A stretch of 63,794 nucleotides of DNA, counting the filler, from Octopus bimaculoides (Eukaryota), in the NCBI RefSeq assembly GCF_001194135.2. It is 7 parts of 7 records of this genome, joined end to end, with 100 filler letters (N's around TTAATTAATTAA, not from the genome) between each part and the next. Parts side by side here need not be neighbours in the genome. Positions count along the whole stretch, not along the records: positions 45,377 to 52,652 come from NW_026301542.1; positions 52,753 to 58,042 come from NC_069004.1; positions 58,143 to 62,679 come from NC_069005.1; 4 more parts are not named here. One strand, 5' to 3'. Shown here in pieces: positions 51,531-61,850 of this stretch (within the stretch, counting starts at the first letter, position 1; each line of letters opens with the position of its first letter). Under the pieces are notes generated by a model. The model worked only from the letters and a program-made list of their open reading frames with translations. It made no database searches and was not told the origin of the DNA. The position numbers and the translations under genes were made by a program.

Positions 51531-51580
<50 letters not shown>

Positions 51581-51581
<1 letters not shown>

Positions 51582-51722
51582 TCATGTTTGACTTTTGCTT
51601 TGCATTTGTACAAGTTCGATCCAAGTCTCACCCAGAGACCTCAAGAGACAACAAGTTAGAAGTTCATGTAGGTGTTATGCTTAGGGTACAATATATTTCG
51701 ATTTGTACATAGTGTTCTAGAA
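51581..51722 (-). mobile_element. Probable 3' UTR of another (TAA)n-tailed LINE
   Basis: Minus ...GGTCTCTGGGTGAGACTTGG...GCAAAAGTCAAACATGAA runs into (ATA)n, tail to tail with the previous element. Confidence 0.5.
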
Positions 51723-51774
51723 AATTTATTATTATTATCATTATCATTAGTATTATTATTATCATCATCATTAT

Positions 51775-52269
51775 TAGTTTATAGAGAGGACTGGAAACTC
51801 AGCAGAAATGTAATAGATAGATAGATGAGTTCTTAACTTTTGTATACGATTGCCAAATTCCATCACTAAGGTAAACATAGCTGACGTAATCCATCACTAC
51901 GGCGAACCCAATGACAAAAGCGCAACTCGAAAGTAACTTATTTATTGGTCCTTTGAACAATATTTCGACATCTCGTGTGTCTTCAACGGGTTCAAAATAA
52001 AATAAATGTCAGTCTAATTCATTTTTAGTTTATAGAGAGGACTGGAAACTCAGCTGAAATGTAGTAGATAGATAGATGAGTTTTTATAGCCGTTGAAGAC
52101 ACACGAGATGTCGAAATATTGTTGTTCAAAGGACCAATAAATAAGTTAGTTTCGAGTTGCGCTTTTTGTCATTGAGTTGGCCGTAGTGATGGATTACGTC
52201 AGCTATGTTTACCTTAGTGATGGAATTTGGCAATCGTATACAAAAGTTAAGAACTCATCTATTTATCTA

Positions 52270-52270
<1 letters not shown>
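51775..52270. mobile_element. Fold-back element (~177-bp inverted arms plus 57-bp direct repeat) inserted in (ATT)n
   Basis: 51813-51989 is the near-perfect reverse complement of 52090-52270; 51775-51831 repeats at 52026-52082. Confidence 0.85.
51952..51996 (-). ncRNA. Minimal hammerhead-like fold, variant core, 7-bp stem I
   Basis: Minus: UUUGAAC-CCGUUGA-A-GACA(CACGAGA)UGUC-GAAAU-AUU-GUUCAAA. Confidence 0.6.
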
Positions 52271-52329
<59 letters not shown>

Positions 52330-52331
<2 letters not shown>

Positions 52332-52652
52332 ACTGAGAGAACAGAGCATGCCATCAAAGTGACACCAGTCTGATAAGTGTACACCAGGCTCATGCATCAC
52401 ACCCATATGTGTGCGACATGGTAATCTCATATCAGGATAAACAGCGCATAAACAGTGCAAGTGGGGCCCAGTTAGCATTTTCTTCAGGTTGAGAACATAG
52501 AAAAAATAGCAAAGTAAAATGATCTAGTGCTTGAATTACAGTGACTATGGAAAGTGTAGGTAAAATTCATCCCAGTAGTTATAGGTTCATTGGGATCTAA
52601 CCCTAAAGGACTGAACAGATGAACAGAGGAAATTGCATAAAACCCAGTTTAG
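52330..52652. mobile_element. Family D fragment (-) fused to a third R4-like 3' segment (+)
   Basis: 52330-52492 matches family D; 52495-52652 matches ~50590-50742. Confidence 0.8.
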
Positions 52653-52752
52653 NNNNNNNNNNNNNNNNNNNNNNNNNNNNNNNNNNNNNNNNNNNNTTAA
52701 TTAATTAANNNNNNNNNNNNNNNNNNNNNNNNNNNNNNNNNNNNNNNNNNNN
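52653..52752. other. Artificial scaffold-join spacer
   Basis: 44N-TTAATTAATTAA-44N. Confidence 0.95.
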
Positions 52753-52809
<57 letters not shown>

Positions 52810-54671
52810 TGTATATGTATGTACACATGAGTGTGTGTGTGTGTGTGTGTGTGCTTGTTGGTTTCTGTAAGTTTCTTGTGTGAGTGCGTGTTTACACACT
52901 CTTTCTATCTCCCTCTCTCACACACACACACACACATTCTGTCTCTACCACACACACACACACACAGACACGCACACACGCAAATATATAGACGCGCACA
53001 CACACACACACACACGTATGTATATACACACACGCACACACAAATCACGTGCCACTGGTATGTGTTCATATGTGTTTGTGTGTGTGTGTGTGTGTGTTTA
53101 TGGGTAATGTGTAAGTAGAATGCGCTGCTCTACATTCAAATGTAAACTTGTGTGCCTGCACGAGCATAAATGTGTGTGTGTGTGTGTGTGTTCATATACA
53201 TACGTGTGTGTGTGTGTGTGTGTGCGTATGTGCATATGCCTGTGTGTTTGTGTATTTAACCAGGAGATTGTAAACACAATCGAAAGCAGCGAGGCACGTG
53301 AGAGAATCCCTCTGTTCTCTTACTACTCCCCCCCCACCAAACACCTCCCTTTACTGTTGACTTTCAAGGCCGGCTTTAATGTTTTGCGCATGCGTGTCTT
53401 CTTTGCCTTTTTTTTTGCCATTCTTTGTTTTTTTTTGTTGTTTTTTGCACTGTCACCCCCCGTCACCCCTCTCTTCCTTCCCACTCCACCACTCGTCTTA
53501 GATCGGTTTTCTTAATTAGTAAATGAATTACAGATTATCGAACGCGCGCACGCACAGCCCTGCACACACACACACACACNNNNNNNNNNNNNNNNNNNNN
53601 NNNNNNNNNNNNNNNNNNNNNNNNNNNNNNNNNNNNNNNNNNNNNNNNNNNNNNNNNNNNNNNNNNNNNNNNNNNNNNNNNNNNNNNNNNNNNNNNNNNN
53701 NNNNNNNNNNNNNNNNNNNNNNNNNNNNNNNNNNNNNNNNNNNNNNNNNNNNNNNNNNNNNNNNNNNNNNNNNNNNNNNNNNNNNNNNNNNNNNNNNNNN
53801 NNNNNNNNNNNNNNNNNNNNNNNNNNNNNNNNNNNNNNNNNNNNNNNNNNNNNNNNNNNNNNNNNNNNNNNNNNNNNNNNNNNNNNNNNNNNNNNNNNNN
53901 NNNNNNNNNNNNNNNNNNNNNNNNNNNNNNNNNNNNNNNNNNNNNNNNNNNNNNNNNNNNNNNNNNNNNNNNNNNNNNNNNNNNNNNNNNNNNNNNNNNN
54001 NNNNNNNNNNNNNNNNNNNNNNNNNNNNNNNNNNNNNNNNNNNNNNNNNNNNNNNNNNNNNNNNNNNNNNNNNNNNNNNNNNNNNNNNNNNNNNNNNNNN
54101 NNNNNNNNNNNNNNNNNNNNNNNNNNNNNNNNNACAAAGTGACAATTGAAGAGGGTGGGGTTAAAATTTTTAAATGCTAGGTTTTTCTTTTTTCTTTTTG
54201 CAGAATCAGAATCTCCGTACTCGAAAATGGGGTGGGTGTTAAAAAGAGAACAAAAAAAAAAACGAAAGGGGGTGCAGTCCACATTCTTTACGTCCACCCC
54301 ACTGAGCCTTCGGGTGCATGCCTATACGTAGACTCATACATGTGCCTGAGTATGGGACCCATAGAACTTCAGAGTGCCTTGCCACAGGTAATCTAAGATA
54401 CGGTATAAAACCACATATCACCGTTAGGAACGCAAATAGGGGCAGTGTTTCTACCTCACTTGATCACAGGTGGCCAAACACAAGACGTGGCAATGGTGTT
54501 GAAGGTGCGTAGAAATCAAATGAAATAAACAGCTATGCACGCTGATGGCGGTGCTCCAGCATGGTCAGGACCTGGTTGAAACTTGTGAAACTATGAGGCG
54601 GGTGCACACACACACACACGTCGTAGCGCACCCCCCATCTCCAGTTTCCGTTCACTCACAAAGCGTTGGTC

Positions 54672-54782
54672 GGCCTGAAGTTAGAGTAGAAGACCCCTGC
54701 TCACGGTTCCACGCAGCGGGACTGAAACCGGAGCTATGTGGTTTGGAAGTAAACTTTTTACCGCACAGCCATACCTGCACCT
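54672..54782 (-). mobile_element. SINE family A head, degenerate
   Basis: CCACGCAGCGGGACTGAAACCGGAGCTATGTGG...CGCACAGCCATACCTGCACC. Confidence 0.7.
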
Positions 54783-55689
54783 TTGTGTGTGTGTATGTAT
54801 GTATATATATATANNNNNNNNNNNNNNNNNNNNNNNNNNNNNNNNNNNNNNNNNNNNNNNNNNNNNNNNNNNNNNNNNNNNNNNNNNNNNNNNNNNNNNN
54901 NNNNNNNNNNNNNNNNNNNNNNNNNNNNNNNNNNNNNNNNNNNNNNNNNNNNNNNNNNNNNNNNNNNNNNNNNNNNNNNNNNNNNNNNNNNNNNNNNNNN
55001 NNNNNNNNNNNNNNNNTATATATATCCTTACATATACACACACATCACATACGATAGTCCCCATCACCACCACCACCCGTTGCAAATTACCAAACTCACT
55101 CACAAGACATTTCCAAGATCTTGTAAAAGGCAGGTGTACAATTGTAGAGAAACAAAATCGCAAAAATTTTCAATATGTTTGTTTTTGATATTTTGAAATG
55201 TGTTATTTAGTCTTTTTTTTTTTATATATTTTTCCTTTTTTCTTTTTTTCAAAACTGTTTACTTAGTGTATTTCGTTCGTTGTAATTCAACAAAATATTC
55301 TCATTTCAATGACAGTTAATATATTTCTTTATGTAAATTCTGGCGCCACTTATTGGCCAGTATAGCTCAGCTGTTTAGACCTTTACATGGATCACCTGAT
55401 GTCCCCTATTTCGACCTCGTGTTTTATTTTTCAAATTCATTTTCTTAATCGAAATTCGTTTTAGTTTGATTTGGTAGTGTAAGAAGACAGAAGACGACAT
55501 TTGTTCGTTTTTCTCTGTCGCATCGGCACATATCACACACGAATTTACTGTGTGGGCGAGTGCTCTTCCTGTCGCCGATCCTTGCCTTCTCCAAGCAAGG
55601 AAATAATTGTACAAGACTGCGCATGTCTTTACGGAAGATTACGGGGAAATGGAACCCCTTGTATGGCTGTGACTCTTCTTGGAAATTAT

Positions 55690-55815
55690 CAACTTTGCCT
55701 TCCATCCTTTCGGGGTCGATGAAAATAAGTACCAGTTATGCACTGGGGTCGATGTAATCGATTAGCCCCCTCCCCAATAATTTCAGGCTTTGTGTTTATA
55801 GCAGAAAGGATTATT
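55690..55815 (+). mobile_element. SINE family B 3' part
   Basis: AACTTTGCCTTCCATCCTTTCGGGGTCGATG...GCACTGGGGTCGATGTAATCGA. Confidence 0.85.
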
Positions 55816-55969
55816 ATTGTTGTTGTTGTTGTTGTTATTATTATTGGCTTTTAGATGAGAGTCCCTCACATGTTTTGGGATTTCACTGCTTTTCCTTCCA
55901 GGTGAAGCTTTTGCATTATCCTAGGGTCACGTTTGATGGATTGAGGGTGTGAAAAGCACCCTGTCAACT

Positions 55970-56001
<32 letters not shown>

Positions 56002-56034
56002 CGAATGTGGGTGGTGCATGTCATCTTAATATTT

Positions 56035-56250
56035 TAAGTGAAGCAGTGAGCTTGGTAAAATCGTCAACGCGTCGGGAAAAATGCTTCACCGCATTTCTCC
56101 GACTTGACGATCCGAGTTCAAAATGCGCTGGGGTCGACTTAGGGCCTTCATCTTTCTGGGATCGATAACATAAGCATCAGTTGAATAATGGGGTCGATGT
56201 AATCGTCTTGTCCCTTCCCCGAAATTGCTGGCCCTATGCCATGCCGAAAT
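56035..56250 (+). mobile_element. SINE family B
   Basis: GAGTTCAAAAT...GGTCGACTT...GGGGTCGATGTAATCG...GAAATTGCTGGCC. Confidence 0.75.
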
Positions 56251-56781
56251 TAGAAAAAAAATATTTTGGGTGGTAATATATTTCTAAGAGTTATGCTATC
56301 CACTTTGTGTTGTTCTTTCTCTCTCTTGTTTTTTTAAATTTTTTTTTAAAATACGGTTTGTTGTGATTTGAGGTTCAGCTATCGAAGTGACCTCACCTTC
56401 ACCTTTGTTTTGTGAACTTAGATAATTCCTTGGGTGCGGCTCGGTTTCACGAGGCAGNNNNNNNNNNNNNNNNNNNNNNNNNNNNNNNNNNNNNNNNNNN
56501 NNNNNNNNNNNNNNNNNNNNNNNNNNNNNNNNNNNNNNNNNNNNNNNNNNNNNNNNNNNNNNNNNNNNNNNNNNNNNNNNNNNNNNNNNNNNNNNNNNNN
56601 NNNNNNNNNNNNNNNNNNNNNNNNNNNNNNNNNNNNNNNNNNNNNNNNNNNNNNNNNNNNNNNNNNNNNNNNNNNNNNNNNNNNNNNNNNNNNNNNNNNN
56701 NNNNNNNNNNNNNNNNNNNNNNNNNNNNNNNNNNNNNNNNNNNNNNNNNNNNNNNNNNNNNNNNNNNNNNNNNNNNNNNNN

Positions 56782-57085
56782 CCCCACCACCCACTTTCCA
56801 TTCTCCGACCCAGTTTCATGTCCACGACGCAATTTCCACCTTGAAACCAACTTCCCCACTCTCCGAGACCCATTTTAATTTCCACAGCCCAGTTTCCACG
56901 CACACGACCCAGTTTAATTCTCCACCGTCCAGTTTCCACTCCACGCAGTCAGTTCCTATTCCCACGACCCAGTTTCACCCCCACAGCACAATTTACCGCA
57001 CGCAAGCACAAGCTTGCACCCCGACGGCTCATGTTCCGCTCCCCGGAGCCATTTCCATCCCCGTGGCCCAGTTCCCCAATTTTCA
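56782..57085. repeat. Degenerate ~20-bp minisatellite with CCCAGTTT(C)CA core
   Basis: About 12-14 diverged units such as ACGACCCAGTTT, AGCCCAGTTTCCA and GTCCAGTTTCCA. Confidence 0.7.
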
Positions 57086-57158
57086 ACGCAGCCTCTCTCT
57101 CCTCCCCCGTTCTCATTGTTCTTCTTGCTAATTAAGAACTTCCTTCTCAGCTATTCCT

Positions 57159-57194
<36 letters not shown>

Positions 57195-57975
57195 ATTCAC
57201 AGAGCATGACCCCTCTCCCTCTCTCATTCATAGAAACATTACACTAACCCACTTGTCTTTCTCATTCATAGATCCACGTCCTCATACAATCTCTCTCTTT
57301 CTCTCTCTCTCATATTATCCTTCCTGTCTCTAATTACCCTTCGCTTATTCTAGCTCACTCAAGCCTTTGTAAGTGCGTATATATTTATTATATACACATA
57401 CTGGTGTGTATAAGTATATTTATACGCTCAAATATGCACGGTCCTTTATATACGTTTTCATAGTTTTTGTTGTCGACTTAGGAATATATATATATGTATG
57501 TATGTATAGTCACTGATTCTATCTATCTATCTATCTATCTATCACAAGTGTGTGAGTATGGATCTATGTATGTATACACGTATGTATATGTGTGTATATG
57601 TGCATCTAATGAGCCTGTATATGCACACATGCATACATATACAGAAAACTTTATATACATCTGCAATTGTACGCATGGAGACTATCCTATTTATGCTTGC
57701 TTGTGTGTGTGTGTTTTTGTGTGTGTGTATATATATATATATGTGTACACTGTACATACATCCTCTCGTCAGAAAATTGTTGATGGTGCGCGTACACATA
57801 CTCACGCACACAAACGCACACACGGTTTTGTGCAGTGTACATACACTCCTCTGCGGTCACATGCTTCACGTGATTTTCACATAGCAGTTGCCATGGATAC
57901 ACCGGCTTTTTGCTAGGGTCAGAAGGCAAGCGACATAAACATACTCGCGCGCGCGTACACACAGACACACACGCG

Positions 57976-58042
<67 letters not shown>

Positions 58043-58142
58043 NNNNNNNNNNNNNNNNNNNNNNNNNNNNNNNNNNNNNNNNNNNNTTAATTAATTAANN
58101 NNNNNNNNNNNNNNNNNNNNNNNNNNNNNNNNNNNNNNNNNN
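58043..58142. other. Artificial scaffold-join spacer
   Basis: 44N-TTAATTAATTAA-44N. Confidence 0.95.
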
Positions 58143-58211
58143 TATATATATATAGATATATTTATATATAGGAGTGTATTGTAGTTGGCTTGAAGCATTG
58201 TGTGTTGTTTG

Positions 58212-58337
58212 TAAAGAATAAAAAGTTTTGAATGGTACAACAATGCACTATAAAACAAAAAATGGACTATATACCTGTTTGTAGTCCATTATTTGTATTA
58301 TAGTGCATTGTTGTACCATTCAAAACTTTTTATTCTT

Positions 58338-58339
<2 letters not shown>
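58212..58339. repeat. Near-perfect 58-bp-arm hairpin (inverted repeat)
   Basis: 58212-58269 vs 58282-58339 with 2 mismatches and a 12-nt loop. Confidence 0.9.
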
Positions 58340-58370
<31 letters not shown>

Positions 58371-58447
58371 CTTTGTGTCTATGTGCCAGATGAACATAGA
58401 CACAAAGACATATACACACACATACATACATATAACTATATATATAT

Positions 58448-58612
58448 ACGACGGGCTTCTTTCAGTTTCCGTCTACCAAATCCACTCACAAGGCTTTGGT
58501 TGGCCCGAGGCTATAGCAGATTACTCTTGCCCAAAGTGCCACACAGTGGGACTGAACCCGGAACCATGTGGTTGGTAAGCAAGCTACTTATCACACAGCC
58601 ACTCCTATGCCT
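58448..58612 (-). mobile_element. SINE family A head, young
   Basis: GGGCTTCTTTCAGTTTCCGTCTACCAAATCCACTCACAAGGCTTTGG...GAACCCGGAACCATGTGG. Confidence 0.9.
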
Positions 58613-59050
58613 ATCTGTAAATGTATTTCTATGTCCCTATTTGTATTAGCTTATGTGTGTCCTTGTTAATAAATATTTACGCATCTGGGTGTATGAGAAT
58701 AAAATGCCTTGTCATATTGTTCGACAGAAAAAAGATGGATGAATTGAAGTTACATTTTAACCGAGCTTCTATCAAACTTGACAGATACATACATACAAAT
58801 AAACTTTTAAATTTGAATGTTATTGAAATAAATTAAATTTGAATTAAATTAATTTTAGATTAACAATAGATAATGGAACTCCTGACTTAGTAAATTGTAA
58901 TTCATCATATTATACGGATCCTCGTTGTTTGGCAAAGGAAATTAAATAAGCTGTATAATTTTGTGTGTATTTGTGTTTATTGTTTGTGTGTGTATATATG
59001 TGTATATAATGCACAAACATATATACATGTATGTATGTGTATATCTATGC

Positions 59051-59094
<44 letters not shown>

Positions 59095-60538
59095 NNNNNN
59101 NNNNNNNNNNNNNNNNNNNNNNNNNNNNNNNNNNNNNNNNNNNNNNNNNNNNNNNNNNNNNNNNNNNNNNNNNNNNNNNNNNNNNNNNNNNNNNNNNNNN
59201 NNNNNNNNNNNNNNNNNNNNNNNNNNNNNNNNNNNNNNNNNNNNNNNNNNNNNNNNNNNNNNNNNNNNNNNNNNNNNNNNNNNNNNNNNNNNNNNNNNNN
59301 NNNNNNNNNNNNNNNNNNNNNNNNNNNNNNNNNNNNNNNNNNNNNNNNNNNNNNNNNNNNNNNNNNNNNNNNNNNNNNNNNNNNNNNNNNNNNNNNNNNN
59401 NNNNNNNNNNNNNNNNNNNNNNNNNNNNNNNNNNNNNNNNNNNNNNNNNNNNNNNNNNNNNNNNNNNNNNNNNNNNNNNNNNNNNNNNNNNNNNNNNNNN
59501 NNNNNNNNNNNNNNNNNNNNNNNNNNNNNNNNNNNNNNNNNNNNNNNNNNNNNNNNNNNNNNNNNNNNNNNNNNNNNNNNNNNNNNNNNNNNNNNNNNNN
59601 NNNNNNNNNNNNNNNNNNNNNNNNNNNNNNNNNNNNNNNNNNNNNNNNNNNNNNNNNNNNNNNNNNNNNNNNNNNNNNNNNNNNNNNNNNNNNNNNNNNN
59701 NNNNNNNNNNNNNNNNNNNNNNNNNNNNNNNNNNNNNNNNNNNNNNNNNNNNNTATATATATATGTAAGTATAAGTATGAGCATATACATACATATATAT
59801 ATATGTGGGTATGTGTGTATTCACTATGTAATATGTTTACACATACACATGTGTGTAGAAATATTAAAGGCACTCACATATAGTTACTACTCTCATATCC
59901 CTCTACACAGAAGAAAGAAAACATGCACACATCTGTAAACACACACATACACACTCATATATAAATACACACACAATATCATACAAGGTTGTAGTAACTG
60001 TTATTCCTATACACCAAATGTTCCTCCTCTTTCTCTTCTCATCTTCTAGGCTTCTCTCTCTGCTTGTCTATCTGTCTGTCTGTTTGTCTCTGTCAGTCTG
60101 TTTGTCTCTGTCTGTTACAAATGTTCTCTATATTTCTTCTTTTTCTTCCTCACTATTCCTTTGTCCTCTTCTTCCTTAATTCTACCCCCATTTCTCTTTC
60201 TTCTAGTCTGATTTCTCTCTTTTCAGCATCATCTATGTTCTTCCTGTTTACTCTCCCTTCCTCTATCTTTCATACTCTCTTTCCCACCCAATCTCTCATT
60301 CTTACTTTCTCAGACACCTTTGCTTTCTGTAAAAAGATAGAAATTATTTTTCAGTGTTCATAAAATAACTAACAACATTCTTTGGTTTTGAGGCTTCTGT
60401 GGCTCAGAAATGCATAAAGTATTTTAGACAAAACGGCTGTCAGTGAACCTGAGTTCTAATATTCTTAAGCTATAATGGAATGTATTCATTAAATTCTTGG
60501 TACACACATGCTGCTAAGCAGATTCTCAATTTTAAAAG

Positions 60539-60570
<32 letters not shown>

Positions 60571-60788
60571 GGTATATAGTTTTAGGGAAAAGAACCAAGG
60601 TTCATGAACTCATTGATGCAAATCCACTGTCACGTAAACATAAAATATATAGTTTCCCTAAAACTACATATTTATATATATTTTACTGTGAAACTTAATT
60701 TAATTTTAATTTTTAATAAATTGATTTTTATTGAGTTTTTACCGGTAATTTTGGATTTTATCCCTAATATTATTATTATATATATATA

Positions 60789-60828
60789 GGGAGAATTCAC
60801 AAAAACACAAAAGACGAAGAAAGGTGGT
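60789..60828 (-). mobile_element. H1 repeat terminus, interrupted by the RTE-type insertion
   Basis: (TA)n|GGGAGAATTCACAAAAACAC...GGTGGT; same terminus as at 36206 and 61661. Confidence 0.6.
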
Positions 60829-60830
60829 CA

Positions 60831-61084
60831 TCATCACCATCATCGTCGTTTAACGCCCGCCTTCCATGCTAGCATGGCTTGGACAATTTGATTGAGGACT
60901 GGCGAACCAGATGGCTGCACCAGGCTCCAATCTGATTTCGCAGAGTTTCTACAGCTGGATGTCTTTCCTAATGCCAACCACTCCGAGAGTGTAGTGGGTG
61001 CTTTTACGTGCCACCGGCACAAAGGCCAGTCAGGCAGTACTGGCAATGGCCATGCTGAAAATGGTGTGTTTTACGTGCCACCTG
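60831..61084 (-). mobile_element. RTE-type LINE 3' end or RTE-dependent SINE with (GAT)n tail
   Basis: GGATGTCTTTCCTAATGCCAACCAC RTE 3'-UTR-like motif; CATCAT tail at the left end. Confidence 0.7.
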
Positions 61085-61626
61085 NNNNNNNNNNNNNNNN
61101 NNNNNNNNNNNNNNNNNNNNNNNNNNNNNNNNNNNNNNNNNNNNNNNNNNNNNNNNNNNNNNNNNNNNNNNNNNNNNNNNNNNNNNNNNNNNNNNNNNNN
61201 NNNNNNNNNNNNNNNNNNNNNNNNNNNNNNATATATACAGATATGAGTGTGTAAACGCCGGTGTTTTAATGGTGGCAGCTGATGAAGGATATGTTCTCTA
61301 TGTGGCCTGCTTGTTTTTTGTACCTTGTTTATCATTTTGTCCATGTTCTTTTGCAACGTCATGTACCCAGATATGTATCTATATGTACATGTAGATGAAG
61401 GTATGTACATACATGTACATATATATGCATATACTCATATATTGTTTATATATATATATATAAACATATATATTTAGATATGCATGTATATACATATATA
61501 ACCATATATATTGGGGGGAGGGGTACAGATATGAATTTGTTCATTTGATGCTTGTTTATATGTGCACATTTGTATGCATGTACTTGCACACAAATGCAAA
61601 TATAATGCATGCACACACACACACAT

Positions 61627-61660
<34 letters not shown>

Positions 61661-61850
61661 GGGAGAATATACGAAAAAACAACAACAGACGAGGACAGGT
61701 GGTGTAAATAACAAAAGGATGTATTAGTATGACGCTCGGGAATACGGAAAGTCTTTGATGTTTCGAGCTACGCTCTTCAACAGAAAGAATACGGAAACAA
61801 GGAGAAAAACACGGAGAAAAAAAATTGAATAGTGTCCAGTCAACGGTCAA
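61661..61850 (-). mobile_element. H1 hammerhead-bearing repeat, full copy between (TA)n runs
   Basis: Homologous to 36206-36360 and 45130-45276. Confidence 0.8.
61753..61787 (-). ncRNA. Minimal hammerhead-like motif, A6U core
   Basis: Minus: CUUU-CUGUUGA-A-GAGC(GUA)GCUC-GAAAC-AUC-AAAG. Confidence 0.6.

Noticed and set aside
56380-56457. Minus-strand AAG|GTGAGG donor near a gap
   Set aside because: The upstream exon lies in N, and the putative intron start is A-rich rather than T-rich.
1425-58612. tRNA-like A/B boxes as tRNA genes
   Set aside because: Each continues into a SINE body and lacks a complete cloverleaf.
61279-61285. CTGATGA at 61279 (and TCATCAG at 23770)
   Set aside because: No stem II followed by GAAA downstream.
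5434-61410. Long ORFs containing X runs
   Set aside because: They are open only because N gaps contain no stop codons.
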